In this document: positions 27,768 through 35,947 of the stretch, piece by piece
Layout: each line of letters opens with the position of its first letter
Position numbering within the stretch: position 1 is the stretch's first letter
Assembly (NCBI GenBank): GCA_964637115.1
Contig: CAZWVL010000001.1
Span: 96,001-160,000 of the forward strand
DNA length: 64,000 nt
Direction: 5' to 3'
Source of the DNA: an uncultured Methanosarcinales archaeon
Lineage (GTDB): Archaea; Nanobdellota; Nanobdellia; Woesearchaeales; ARS49
Notes under the pieces: model-generated
The model's input: the letters and a program-made list of their open reading frames with translations, nothing else
What the model was told of the DNA's origin: nothing
Database searches by the model: none
Made by a program: the position numbers and the translations under genes

Positions 27768-28949
27768 GTGTCAGACAAACCAAACGTGCTTGTGCTGTTT
27801 TACGACAAGAAGGACAAGGAAAGAATCATAACAGTAAATAGAGAGGGAACTCTGGTTGACGAACAGGCAGCAAAAAAAGCAGGCATAGATGTATTCCATA
27901 CAACGCTTGGATCTGAAATTGAAAGAGGCTTCAGCTACAGCGGAGTAAAGCCTACCATTCGTACAGCTTCGCCAAGCCATGAGCCGGCGCTCGTCAAAAT
28001 GATATTTAACAGGTACAAAGAAAATGATGGTGTAAGATATGACGGCATAATGGTTGTCGCGGGATTATCGTGCACGTTAGATATGCCAAAAATGATTCTT
28101 GATGAACTTTACAATTACGAAACAGTAAAAGCAGAGTCTGTAGATTTCAATCTGAAAGTCGAAATGAAATCCAATTACTACGGACAGCCGAAAAGGATTC
28201 CATTTATCGGCGTGCCAACAAAAGATGCAAGCTCGAATGGACACAGAGCTTTTTTCTCAATGATTGAAGCAAGCGGTCCAAGAGACACGGTATGCACAGG
28301 AGTTGAGCACGGATATGCTGCAGCAAAGCTCATGACAGGAATGCTCACCAACAAATGGGACTATGTTTCCATAATAGTTCCGAATATGACGGGAGGCTTA
28401 GGATATGATACCGGGCTTATTTTGAAGGCAGAGCTTGACAAATGGCTGAAGGATTTTTACCAGCCGCTTCAGGACCCTGTTGTGCAATTTGGTCTAACGT
28501 CATTCGATGACTTTGTAAGAGGACCAAAAAGAGAAGACTTAAGTGACTGGAAACCACCATCAAACATCCTGCCAGTGTGTATATACAGTGATATTTATGA
28601 ATTAAGAAAAATTAACGAGATGGCAAACTTCGTAGTTGGTGTTTCAGCTCTTGAAAGAAAGGTAAGCGACGAAGAATTCGTGAAAGAAACAACAGGATTG
28701 GATCGTGTTTTACACTCGCGAACACGGCACGGAGTAAATCCGGCGAATTTTATCGCAAAAATTTTGTCAATGCAGCCTTACGCTGTCCAGAGGTATGAGA
28801 TTAAACACAACGAGGTTACGGGAAAAACCGAAAAAATGCCCAAAGCGCCAGAAATATTATTGCTGAATCCAAACACATTCAGCAAAGCGCGCGCAGAAAA
28901 ATCAAGGCCGAACTTTGTGGAATATTTGGGAGACGAATTGGTGGCTTAA
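27768..28949 (+). CDS. Divergent PurE-fold protein, apparently two tandem degenerate domains
   Basis: TASPSHEP, IMVVAGLS, PFIGVPT, AFFSMIE, YAAAKL in the first half; GVNPANFIAKIL in the second half. Confidence 0.55.
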   Translation: MSDKPNVLVLFYDKKDKERIITVNREGTLVDEQAAKKAGIDVFHTTLGSEIERGFSYSGVKPTIRTASPSHEPALVKMIFNRYKENDGVRYDGIMVVAGLSCTLDMPKMILDELYNYETVKAESVDFNLKVEMKSNYYGQPKRIPFIGVPTKDASSNGHRAFFSMIEASGPRDTVCTGVEHGYAAAKLMTGMLTNKWDYVSIIVPNMTGGLGYDTGLILKAELDKWLKDFYQPLQDPVVQFGLTSFDDFVRGPKREDLSDWKPPSNILPVCIYSDIYELRKINEMANFVVGVSALERKVSDEEFVKETTGLDRVLHSRTRHGVNPANFIAKILSMQPYAVQRYEIKHNEVTGKTEKMPKAPEILLLNPNTFSKARAEKSRPNFVEYLGDELVA

Positions 28950-28950
28950 A

Positions 28951-30171
28951 ATGGCTGAACGCGGAACAGATATTTCAAAATTCAAGCGAGTGTATAGCAA
29001 ACGCAATGAAGGCGCATTTCCAAATGTCATGGCACTTATGCTTCAGAAAGAATGGGATTTGAAATATGGAGAAAATCCCAACCAGCACGCTGCCATTTAT
29101 TTCATGCAAAACGCCCGCACGATTGCTGAATTAACCAACTTGCAATATGTCCGCTCGGATGGCAAGGGCAAAGGCGGATTGTCATTAACTAATACGATGG
29201 ACATAACGCGCGCGATGGACAACCTGAAATGGTTTTCAGACCCTGCCTGCGTCATAATGAAGCACAATGTTGATGCAGCCTTCAAGAAAAAGAAGAAAGG
29301 AAGCAATGAAACACAAGACCAACTTTACAGAATTGTGCGCGACGTGGATAGAAGAAGCTGTTTTGGAGGAACTGCCGTTTTCAATAGTCCATTAGAAATG
29401 AGAACAGCGGATGCATTGTTTGAATTGTATAAACCAGAAGAAGGCAGCAGATACCGAATGGACGTCATCGCCGCTCCAGGATTTGAGGAAGGCGTTGTTG
29501 GCAAGATTGAGAAATATTCTAATGTCGTCCGCATAGCAGAATTTTCCGGCTGTGACAAACTTCCCAAATTTATCGGCGATGAAACTTACGGCCTTGTTTC
29601 AGTCAAGGAAATGCCAACAGGCAGAATTGGGGTTCAGGACATTTACTTAACCAGCATCAAAGGCGTTGAAAACCTTGTTTTAGACGCGATGATTGTAGAT
29701 AAAGATGGGAAAAAGCACGTTATTGAGCGCGACCCAACAAAACAAGAGCTTGACGACATGCTGACTGCCTGGTGGCTCAATATCACAGGCGCACGAAGCA
29801 ACGGCATTGTAATCGTGAAAGACGGAGTTACTGTTTCAGTTGGGTCAGGACAAGTTGAAAGAGTAGGCGCTGTTGAACAAGCCATTGTCAAAGGCATACA
29901 AAAAGCAATGGATCGAGAAGGTATTGAATACGACCCGTTATATGGAATACAAGGGTATGAGAAGCTCAATGAAAACCCATTAAAAGGAGCAGTGTGCTCT
30001 TCAGACGCATTCTTCCCCTTCCCTGATGCGGTTAAACTGCTCGGCAGAATGGGGATAACTGCAGTAATTCAGCCATTTGGCGCGGAAAATGATGCTTTAG
30101 TCATTGACGAAGCAAACAAATACAAAATGGCGATGACGGCGACAGGAGAACGATGCTTTGGGCACTGGTGA
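28951..30171 (+). CDS. purH: AICAR transformylase (C-terminal half of PurH as a stand-alone gene)
   Basis: LKYGENPNQ, IMKHN, SCFGG, GSGQVERV, SSDAFFPFPD, CFGH. Confidence 0.9.
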   Translation: MAERGTDISKFKRVYSKRNEGAFPNVMALMLQKEWDLKYGENPNQHAAIYFMQNARTIAELTNLQYVRSDGKGKGGLSLTNTMDITRAMDNLKWFSDPACVIMKHNVDAAFKKKKKGSNETQDQLYRIVRDVDRRSCFGGTAVFNSPLEMRTADALFELYKPEEGSRYRMDVIAAPGFEEGVVGKIEKYSNVVRIAEFSGCDKLPKFIGDETYGLVSVKEMPTGRIGVQDIYLTSIKGVENLVLDAMIVDKDGKKHVIERDPTKQELDDMLTAWWLNITGARSNGIVIVKDGVTVSVGSGQVERVGAVEQAIVKGIQKAMDREGIEYDPLYGIQGYEKLNENPLKGAVCSSDAFFPFPDAVKLLGRMGITAVIQPFGAENDALVIDEANKYKMAMTATGERCFGHW

Positions 30172-30175
30172 TTAA

Positions 30176-31756
30176 GTGAGAGACGAAATACTTGTTGTTG
30201 ATTATGGCGGACAGTATACGCAAAACATAGCCAGAAGAATACGCGAGCTTGGCGTTTATTCTCGTATTGTAAGCTGCAATAAGGTAACACCGCGCGACAT
30301 TCAACGGGCAAACGGCATCATCAACTCAGGAGGGCCAAAAAGCTGTATTGATCCAGATGCGCCGCACTATAACCCGCTACTGTTCTCAACAGACACGCCC
30401 TCTCTTGACATATGCTACGGCATGCAACTCAGGGCAAACATACTTCCCGGAGGAGAAGTTGTTCACGGAAAAAAACGTGAGTACGGCAGAAACCTGGTTA
30501 CAATTGTTGAGCGAAATGACCTGCTCTATAAAGGCCTTGAAAAAAGAATCCAAGCCTGGATGAGCCACGGAGACAAGGTAACCAAAGTGCCAGACGGATA
30601 TAGAGTAACGGCAAAAACAGAAAACGACATCATTGCAGCAATGTCTAACCCTGCGCTAAACAGTTACAGTGTGCAATTCCATCCAGAAGTCACGCACACG
30701 CCAGACGGCATGGACATTCTTGCAAACTTTGTGTATCGCATTGCCAAATGCAAAAAAGGAAGCTGGGATCTTGAAAAATATGTTAATAATATCCTGAATG
30801 ACATTGGAAAGAGTGTTAGAGGCAGAGATGTTATCATGTTTGCATCAGGCGGAGTTGACAGCACTGTTGCAGCAGCACTGCTTGCAAAAGCAAAAGAAAA
30901 AGGCAAAGATGTTGGCAGAGTATATGTCGTGCATATTGACAACGGACTAATGCGAACCAATGAAAGCAAGCGAGTTGTAGAATATTTGTCAAAATTAAAA
31001 GGAATGGAAAAAATAATCTTTGAAGATGAGTCTGATTATTTCCTAAATAAACTAAAGGGAGTAGTAAATCCAATCAGAAAGAGAGAGATCATAGGCGATG
31101 CTTTCATCGACGTTCAGCAAAAGATCATAAAAAGACTCAAGTTGTCAAAAAACACAATGCTATGCCAGGGAACGCTTTACACAGACCTAATCGAAAGCGG
31201 AAAAGGTGTTGGAACGCACGCATCAGTCATCAAAATACACCACAACGTAGCCTCTCCCTATGTACTCGCGAAGCGAAAACAGGGATTAATCGTAGAACCT
31301 CTCCGAGAACTCTTCAAAGACGAATCAAGACGCATTGGAAAATATCTTGGCATTCCTGAAGAAATTGTCTGGAGGCAACCATTCCCCGGACCTGGATTAG
31401 GCATCAGGGCTATTGGAAGACCGCTAACCAAAAAACGGCTTGATTCGCTCAGACACGCCACAGACATCCTTGAAGAAGAAATCAAAAAAGCGGGCCTTGA
31501 CAGGAAAATATGGCAATACTTCCCGGCGTTGCTGGGCACGAAAGCAGTTGGAGTTAAGGGAGATGCGGGCACTCATCAGGAAATCTGCGCCATAAGAGCA
31601 GTTACAAGCATAGACGGCATGACTGCAGACTGGTTCAGAATGCCACACCGAGTAATGGACGCAATTTCACGCAGAATCATGAATGAAGTTTCCGGCATTG
31701 GCAGGGTGTTATACGACGTTGGTTCAAAACCGCCGGAAACAATTGAGTTTGAATGA
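30176..31756 (+). CDS. guaA: GMP synthase (glutamine-hydrolysing), fused GATase and ATPPase
   Basis: DYGGQY, DICYGMQ, QFHPEV, SGGVDS, QGTLYTDLIES, HHNV, QPFPGPGLGIR, KPPETIEFE. Confidence 0.96.
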   Translation: MRDEILVVDYGGQYTQNIARRIRELGVYSRIVSCNKVTPRDIQRANGIINSGGPKSCIDPDAPHYNPLLFSTDTPSLDICYGMQLRANILPGGEVVHGKKREYGRNLVTIVERNDLLYKGLEKRIQAWMSHGDKVTKVPDGYRVTAKTENDIIAAMSNPALNSYSVQFHPEVTHTPDGMDILANFVYRIAKCKKGSWDLEKYVNNILNDIGKSVRGRDVIMFASGGVDSTVAAALLAKAKEKGKDVGRVYVVHIDNGLMRTNESKRVVEYLSKLKGMEKIIFEDESDYFLNKLKGVVNPIRKREIIGDAFIDVQQKIIKRLKLSKNTMLCQGTLYTDLIESGKGVGTHASVIKIHHNVASPYVLAKRKQGLIVEPLRELFKDESRRIGKYLGIPEEIVWRQPFPGPGLGIRAIGRPLTKKRLDSLRHATDILEEEIKKAGLDRKIWQYFPALLGTKAVGVKGDAGTHQEICAIRAVTSIDGMTADWFRMPHRVMDAISRRIMNEVSGIGRVLYDVGSKPPETIEFE

Positions 31757-31765
31757 GGTGAAACA

Positions 31766-32413
31766 ATGGTACAAGACCAAATTGAAATCAAAAGAGCATT
31801 AATCAGCGTCAGCGATAAAAGCGGACTTGCAGATTTGTTGAAGAAATTAGATCCGCAGCGAAGAGGAATTGAGATTATTTCAAGCGGCGGCACGGCTGGT
31901 GCCATACGAAAACTCGGCTATACGGCAATCGATGTTGAAATTTACACCGGCTATCCGGAATCACCGGGTGGATATGTAAAAACGCTACAACCAAAAATCC
32001 ACAACGGCATTTTGTTGGATACTGAGGATAGAGTACACACAGAATTTATGGAAAAACATGGTGTACTGTCGATAGATCTTGTGGTCAACAACTTGTATCC
32101 TTTCAAAGAAACAGTCAAAAAGGAAGGAATCACTATTGAAAAGGCAAGAGAAGACATCGACATTGGCGGATCAGCATTAATACGCGCGTCTTCGAAAAGC
32201 TACAAGAGAGTCGCAACACTCATAGACTGGCAAGACCTGGAACTTCTCGAATTGTCTGGCAATTCAATCATTACGCAGTTCGATTCCAGATATAAACTTG
32301 CGCAAAAAGGGTTTGAGCACACTGCTTCGTACGATGCAGCAATTGCAGATTACCTGCTTACTCAAGGCATACAGAACAAAGTGAGGCCATTCTACTTTGG
32401 AGACAAGAAATAA
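31766..32413 (+). CDS. purH: IMP cyclohydrolase (N-terminal MGS-like half of PurH as a stand-alone gene)
   Basis: RALISVSDKSG, SSGGTA, TGYPE..GG.VKTL, VNNLYPF, DIDIGG, HTASYDAAI. Confidence 0.9.
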   Translation: MVQDQIEIKRALISVSDKSGLADLLKKLDPQRRGIEIISSGGTAGAIRKLGYTAIDVEIYTGYPESPGGYVKTLQPKIHNGILLDTEDRVHTEFMEKHGVLSIDLVVNNLYPFKETVKKEGITIEKAREDIDIGGSALIRASSKSYKRVATLIDWQDLELLELSGNSIITQFDSRYKLAQKGFEHTASYDAAIADYLLTQGIQNKVRPFYFGDKK

Positions 32414-32432
32414 TCTGCCTGAACTGAAATAT

Positions 32433-32461
32433 TTGCTATTGTTAAGTAGTTAAAATAGCAA
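32433..32461. promoter_or_regulatory. Inverted repeat (operator or terminator) next to a TATA-like box
   Basis: TTGCTATT-N13-AATAGCAA immediately before TTATTTAA and the wHTH gene. Confidence 0.4.
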
Positions 32462-32494
32462 GTTATTTAAGGTTGTTAGTACTATTTTTCGTCG

Positions 32495-33214
32495 ATGAAA
32501 CCATATTTTGCTCCTGAACTAACGGACAAAGTGAACAGCATATTGTGGAGCATAGGCAATGAGCAGCGCGCCATACTTACCGGAGCAGTGCTTCTTTGGG
32601 AGCAACAGGACACGCGGCAACTGGGCGACGCTTATCATGCATGGAGCGGCAAACGCGACTGCCATGTAATTAAAAAACACCTCACTGACTGCTTAGTGCC
32701 GCTAGACATTGCGGTTCACGACCCAAAACATAATACGTACTGCCTCACCGAGAACGGCGACTATTTTGCAAAGCCAATCGCCGTTGCCGCATTACATTTT
32801 GTTGCTGAAACCAATATTTCCTTATGCGAGATATTCCCAGGATACATGCGTACAAGACGCAATTTACCTCTTGCGCGAAACACAGCTGAATTATTACTGC
32901 AGCTTTCTCTTGGTAATCAAGAAACTGAATCGCTTGAACGAGCCATGATGGTACAAGCGCCAGTAACTTTGCTCGTAAAGAAGCTTTTGCAAAGTGATTT
33001 GAAACGACTAAGCAAAGCAGGCCTAGTTGAGTATTCTACTGATGGCGCGCAACTTACGGGCCGCGGCCGCACAGCGTTGCCATTCTTTTATAAATTAAGA
33101 AACGCCTTTCTTGACGAAGCTTTGCTTAAGGAGTTGCAGTCTAAAACACTTGAATTAACTGCGGACATTACCACAAAAGCAATGGAAATATACCGAAAAA
33201 AATCACCGTATTAG
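32495..33214 (+). CDS. Putative transcription regulator with two winged-helix domains
   Basis: Wing-like motifs YCLTENG and LKRLSKAGLVEY...LTGRG. Confidence 0.6.
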   Translation: MKPYFAPELTDKVNSILWSIGNEQRAILTGAVLLWEQQDTRQLGDAYHAWSGKRDCHVIKKHLTDCLVPLDIAVHDPKHNTYCLTENGDYFAKPIAVAALHFVAETNISLCEIFPGYMRTRRNLPLARNTAELLLQLSLGNQETESLERAMMVQAPVTLLVKKLLQSDLKRLSKAGLVEYSTDGAQLTGRGRTALPFFYKLRNAFLDEALLKELQSKTLELTADITTKAMEIYRKKSPY

Positions 33215-33928
33215 AGATGATAACAATTTCGCGCCTTCAATTAATCTGGGGCCCGGACGATTAAGCAAAGAATCATCAATCACGAACACTTTGTTGTTCT
33301 TGACTGCCTTCAAGTCTTTCCAGCCCTCTCTTTCAGTGATTTTTTCCTTAGGAACTCTTGTGCTTACACCGCACCAAGAAATTACGATGATGTCAGGATC
33401 AAATTTTTTGACATCTTCTGTCGTGATTAAATGGCTGACAATGCCGCTTTTGCCCAAACTAATGCCACCGACAATTTCCACTATATCCGGCACCCAGTTG
33501 CAGGAAACAGTCATTGGCCACTCCTCAACGTAAACTTTAACAGAAGGCGAACGCTTAAGACTTTTCAAAACATCATTCATACCGGCAACAAGATTGTCAG
33601 CTTCAGCAGCCTTGTTTACACATCTGCCGATAGCCACGAAAGAATCGAACACAGACTGCAATGTTCTCGGATCGGTATGAAGCACGTTCATACTGATGGA
33701 CTGCAGCTCACTTGCCAATTTTTCCTGCACGATAGTTGATGTGAAAATGACATCCGGCTTTGCTGCGCGCACCTTGACCAAATCAACATCAACCCAGCCA
33801 CCCATTTTCTGCTTTGCAGTTGCGGCAAGCGGATAATCACAAAACTTTGTCACGCCAACTATGTCATCATCCAAACCAAGCGCAAACAAGAGTTCGGTGA
33901 TGCTTGGCGACAGGGAAACAACCCGCAT
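33203..33928 (-). CDS. BtuF-like cobalamin/metal-chelate binding protein without a signal peptide
   Basis: RVVSLSPSITELLFALG, VGVTKFCDYP, KPDVI, RPGPRL. Confidence 0.88.
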   Translation of the reverse strand: MRVVSLSPSITELLFALGLDDDIVGVTKFCDYPLAATAKQKMGGWVDVDLVKVRAAKPDVIFTSTIVQEKLASELQSISMNVLHTDPRTLQSVFDSFVAIGRCVNKAAEADNLVAGMNDVLKSLKRSPSVKVYVEEWPMTVSCNWVPDIVEIVGGISLGKSGIVSHLITTEDVKKFDPDIIVISWCGVSTRVPKEKITEREGWKDLKAVKNNKVFVIDDSLLNRPGPRLIEGAKLLSSLIR

Positions 33929-33976
33929 ACCGACGACAGAGATGCATTAATATATAAGTTTTTCAAGCCTACAGAA

Positions 33977-34089
33977 CATATCAAGAACCACCAATAATGC
34001 GTATGTTTGTGGTGGTTCTTGAGTATGCTCGGAAACCCCGTGCTTATCCAACCGGATAAAACTAGTGGTTTCCGAGCAGGGGTTTCCGA
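33977..34089 (+). ncRNA. Candidate structured leader RNA with alternative pairings
   Basis: 13-bp perfect inverted repeat (33981-33993/34010-34022); 12-bp stem (34026-34037/34067-34078) enclosing a 6-bp hairpin; alternative 11-bp partner at 34079-34089. Confidence 0.45.
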
Positions 34090-34092
34090 CAT

Positions 34093-34809
34093 ATGCCGAC
34101 CAAACTAGCACCAGGAGTTTATGCAGTAGACGTTTGCACGTATCTGCCAGATGTTAAAACACTCATAATTTCTGATTTACACTTGGGATATGAGGAATCG
34201 CTAGGGAAGCAGGGAGTTCTTGTGCCAAGAACACAATATAAACGGATATTAAAACGGCTTGACTGGATACTTGAGCACGTTGCAGTTGAACACGTTGTTC
34301 TTAATGGAGATGTAAAGCACGAATTCGGCACGATTTCAAAGCAGGAATGGAGAGAAGTAAGAAGATTAATGGAGTACTTCCAGAAGAATAACATTGAGAT
34401 TACTGTCGTCAGAGGAAATCACGATACCATTCTTGGACCAATTGCACGCGTTTTGCAAGTGAAAGAAGTTACAGAAGCGTGTCACAAAAACATCCTGATA
34501 ACGCACGGCGACTATGTTCCAAAGAAATTATCTCCAATTATCATCATGGGGCACGAGCATCCTGCAATAACTCTCCGAGAGAAAGCAAAATCTGAGAAAT
34601 TCAAGTGTTTTATCAAGGGAAAATACAAAAAAAGTACATTGATTGTACAACCATCAATGAATCCCCTTACTGAGGGCACTGATGTACTGAAAGAACAAGT
34701 GTTAAGTCCGCTGATAAAAGATATTCTGAGTTTTGACGTGTTTATTGTTGACGATAAAACGCACGAAGTATTGCCGTTTGGGAAAATAAGAAAACTTAGC
34801 AGTCAGTAA
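34093..34809 (+). CDS. Metallophosphoesterase (Lhr/ligase-associated calcineurin-like family)
   Basis: SDLHLG, NGDVKH, RGNHD, THG, GHEHP. Confidence 0.9.
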   Translation: MPTKLAPGVYAVDVCTYLPDVKTLIISDLHLGYEESLGKQGVLVPRTQYKRILKRLDWILEHVAVEHVVLNGDVKHEFGTISKQEWREVRRLMEYFQKNNIEITVVRGNHDTILGPIARVLQVKEVTEACHKNILITHGDYVPKKLSPIIIMGHEHPAITLREKAKSEKFKCFIKGKYKKSTLIVQPSMNPLTEGTDVLKEQVLSPLIKDILSFDVFIVDDKTHEVLPFGKIRKLSSQ

Positions 34810-34939
34810 GACTCTTTATCGGTGTTGATTCATCATCGTTTGAGAACCATCTGTCGCTGCCGTCAATGTGGCCGCAGCTCTTACAGACTGTCTGCACTTC
34901 GCCAACCTTCAGTTTTTTGCATTTAGGACACTGTATCAT
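34796..34939 (-). CDS. 47-aa zinc-finger microprotein (not in ORF track)
   Basis: Manual translation MIQCPKCKKLKVGEVQTVCKSCGHIDGSDRWFSNDDESTPIKSLTDC; GGTGGA RBS; paralog of 35045-35188. Confidence 0.85.
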   Translation of the reverse strand: MIQCPKCKKLKVGEVQTVCKSCGHIDGSDRWFSNDDESTPIKSLTDC

Positions 34940-35044
34940 GTTATCCACCCTTTCAATAGAGTAATTCAGAATTTACGACTTTATAAGCTTTTCGGTTTTT
35001 GTCACAATAAGGTAGTAAATTACTGTTTATTTTCTATATATAAA

Positions 35045-35188
35045 TTATTCTAACTCTTTAACAGAAATATTCTCATCATCCAGAGTAAACCACCTGTCGC
35101 CACCAGTGTTGAAAGTATACATGCAATACCTGCAGAAACTCTGCATTTCTCCGATGGCCAATTTTCCGCATTGCGGACAATGTGTCAT
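35045..35188 (-). CDS. 47-aa zinc-finger microprotein
   Basis: MTHCPQCGKLAIGEMQSFCRYCMYTFNTGGDRWFTLDDENISVKELE; internal ATG 35188 of the track ORF. Confidence 0.85.
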   Translation of the reverse strand: MTHCPQCGKLAIGEMQSFCRYCMYTFNTGGDRWFTLDDENISVKELE

Positions 35189-35189
35189 T

Positions 35190-35323
35190 TTGTACCCCTT
35201 TGGAACCCCGCGGTCTCTAGAACAAGTCCCGCAGGCACTTGCGCACCTGCGGGATTGTCGTAGTGAGTGAAGACTATGAATCGAGAACATTCGGTTCTCA
35301 GGCATGGAAAACTTTCAGTTTCC
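35190..35323 (-). ncRNA. Candidate structured RNA inside the microprotein array
   Basis: Minus strand CCCGCAGGUGC-GCAA-GUGCCUGCGGG (11 bp, tandem G-U pairs, GNRA loop), plus GAGAAC/GUUCUC and GGAAAC..GUUUUCC hairpins. Confidence 0.5.
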
Positions 35324-35445
35324 TACGCGTCTAACCAATTATACTCGGGCACGTTTCGGTGCTCACAGGCACGGCAGACATACGGATCATTTGCTGCACT
35401 CTTGCCTATGATTTCCCCGCAACCCACGCAGTGTAGTTTTTTCAT
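35323..35445 (-). CDS. 40-aa zinc-finger microprotein (not in ORF track)
   Basis: MKKLHCVGCGEIIGKSAANDPYVCRACEHRNVPEYNWLDA; ATGA overlap with the upstream ORF. Confidence 0.75.
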   Translation of the reverse strand: MKKLHCVGCGEIIGKSAANDPYVCRACEHRNVPEYNWLDA

Positions 35446-35558
35446 CGTCGCATTAACCGGCGAAGAACACTGTCAAAGTGTTCTTCGTCGCTCTGATGTA
35501 GTTTAACAAAATCCCTGATTTCCTCGACGTCCCGGATGAAGACCTTATTCGAATTCAT
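35442..35558 (-). CDS. 38-aa microprotein (not in ORF track)
   Basis: MNSNKVFIRDVEEIRDFVKLHQSDEEHFDSVLRRLMRR; overlaps both neighbours (14 nt and ATGA). Confidence 0.6.
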   Translation of the reverse strand: MNSNKVFIRDVEEIRDFVKLHQSDEEHFDSVLRRLMRR

Positions 35559-35739
35559 CTTCATCCTCCCAGGCATCGACCATTTCGTTGTCTGCTAGCT
35601 CCACCCCCTTCTCAAAGGCAATCTCCCATGGAGCCGCGTCATCAGCCTTATCTTCCATGATCTCAATCTGGTCCTCTTCTTCCACGCCTAGGTGGTCATT
35701 GAAATGGGCCTGCTCAACAAGTACTAGTTTTTGTTTCAT
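35545..35739 (-). CDS. 64-aa very acidic microprotein
   Basis: MKQKLVLVEQ...APWEIAFEKG...DEDEFE; AGGTGG RBS. Confidence 0.75.
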   Translation of the reverse strand: MKQKLVLVEQAHFNDHLGVEEEDQIEIMEDKADDAAPWEIAFEKGVELADNEMVDAWEDEDEFE

Positions 35740-35822
35740 ACACCCCACCTCCTGATTATATTATAACCCTGAGAGTCAATATGGGAGAATTTCATTTATA
35801 TTTTGTCCTGATAGAATATAAA

Positions 35823-35907
35823 ATTTATATAAGATGGCTGAATTTATAATGAGGAGAAAGATTTATATAGAAATGCCATATTTATCAGGCACTATTAACC
35901 ATTTATA
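35823..35907 (+). promoter_or_regulatory. Periodic ATTTAT array in the divergent promoter region
   Basis: ATTTAT at 35823, 35842, 35861, 35880 and 35901 (spacing 19, 19, 19, 21). Confidence 0.5.
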
Positions 35908-35947
35908 GTGTATAAGGGGGCATTGCTAAACTTTAAGGGGGATTATA

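Noticed and set aside
31766-32413. Methylglyoxal synthase
   Set aside because: Motifs (KTL.P, DIDIGG, HTA.YD.AI) and purine context match the PurH IMP cyclohydrolase domain.
33929-34092. Cobalamin riboswitch upstream of the BtuF-like gene
   Set aside because: No B12-box or conserved GGGAA/GCCACTG core. A TATA-like box lies about 20 nt before the btuF ATG, so its transcript would be leaderless and exclude the hairpins.
35189-35305. N-terminal extension of the 35045 ORF given by the track (86 aa)
   Set aside because: The paralog at 34796-34939 starts at the equivalent internal Met, and the extension coincides with RNA hairpins.
35186-35325. TAG readthrough of the 40-aa zinc finger into a 45-codon open frame ending at an ATGA overlap
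   Set aside because: TAG is an ordinary stop in other genes here (5740, 7966), the extension has no protein-like motif, and an open frame this short can occur by chance in GC-rich sequence.
35461-35487. 11-bp hairpin as a terminator or separate RNA
   Set aside because: It lies inside the coupled 38-aa ORF and has no U-tract; kept only as possible mRNA structure.
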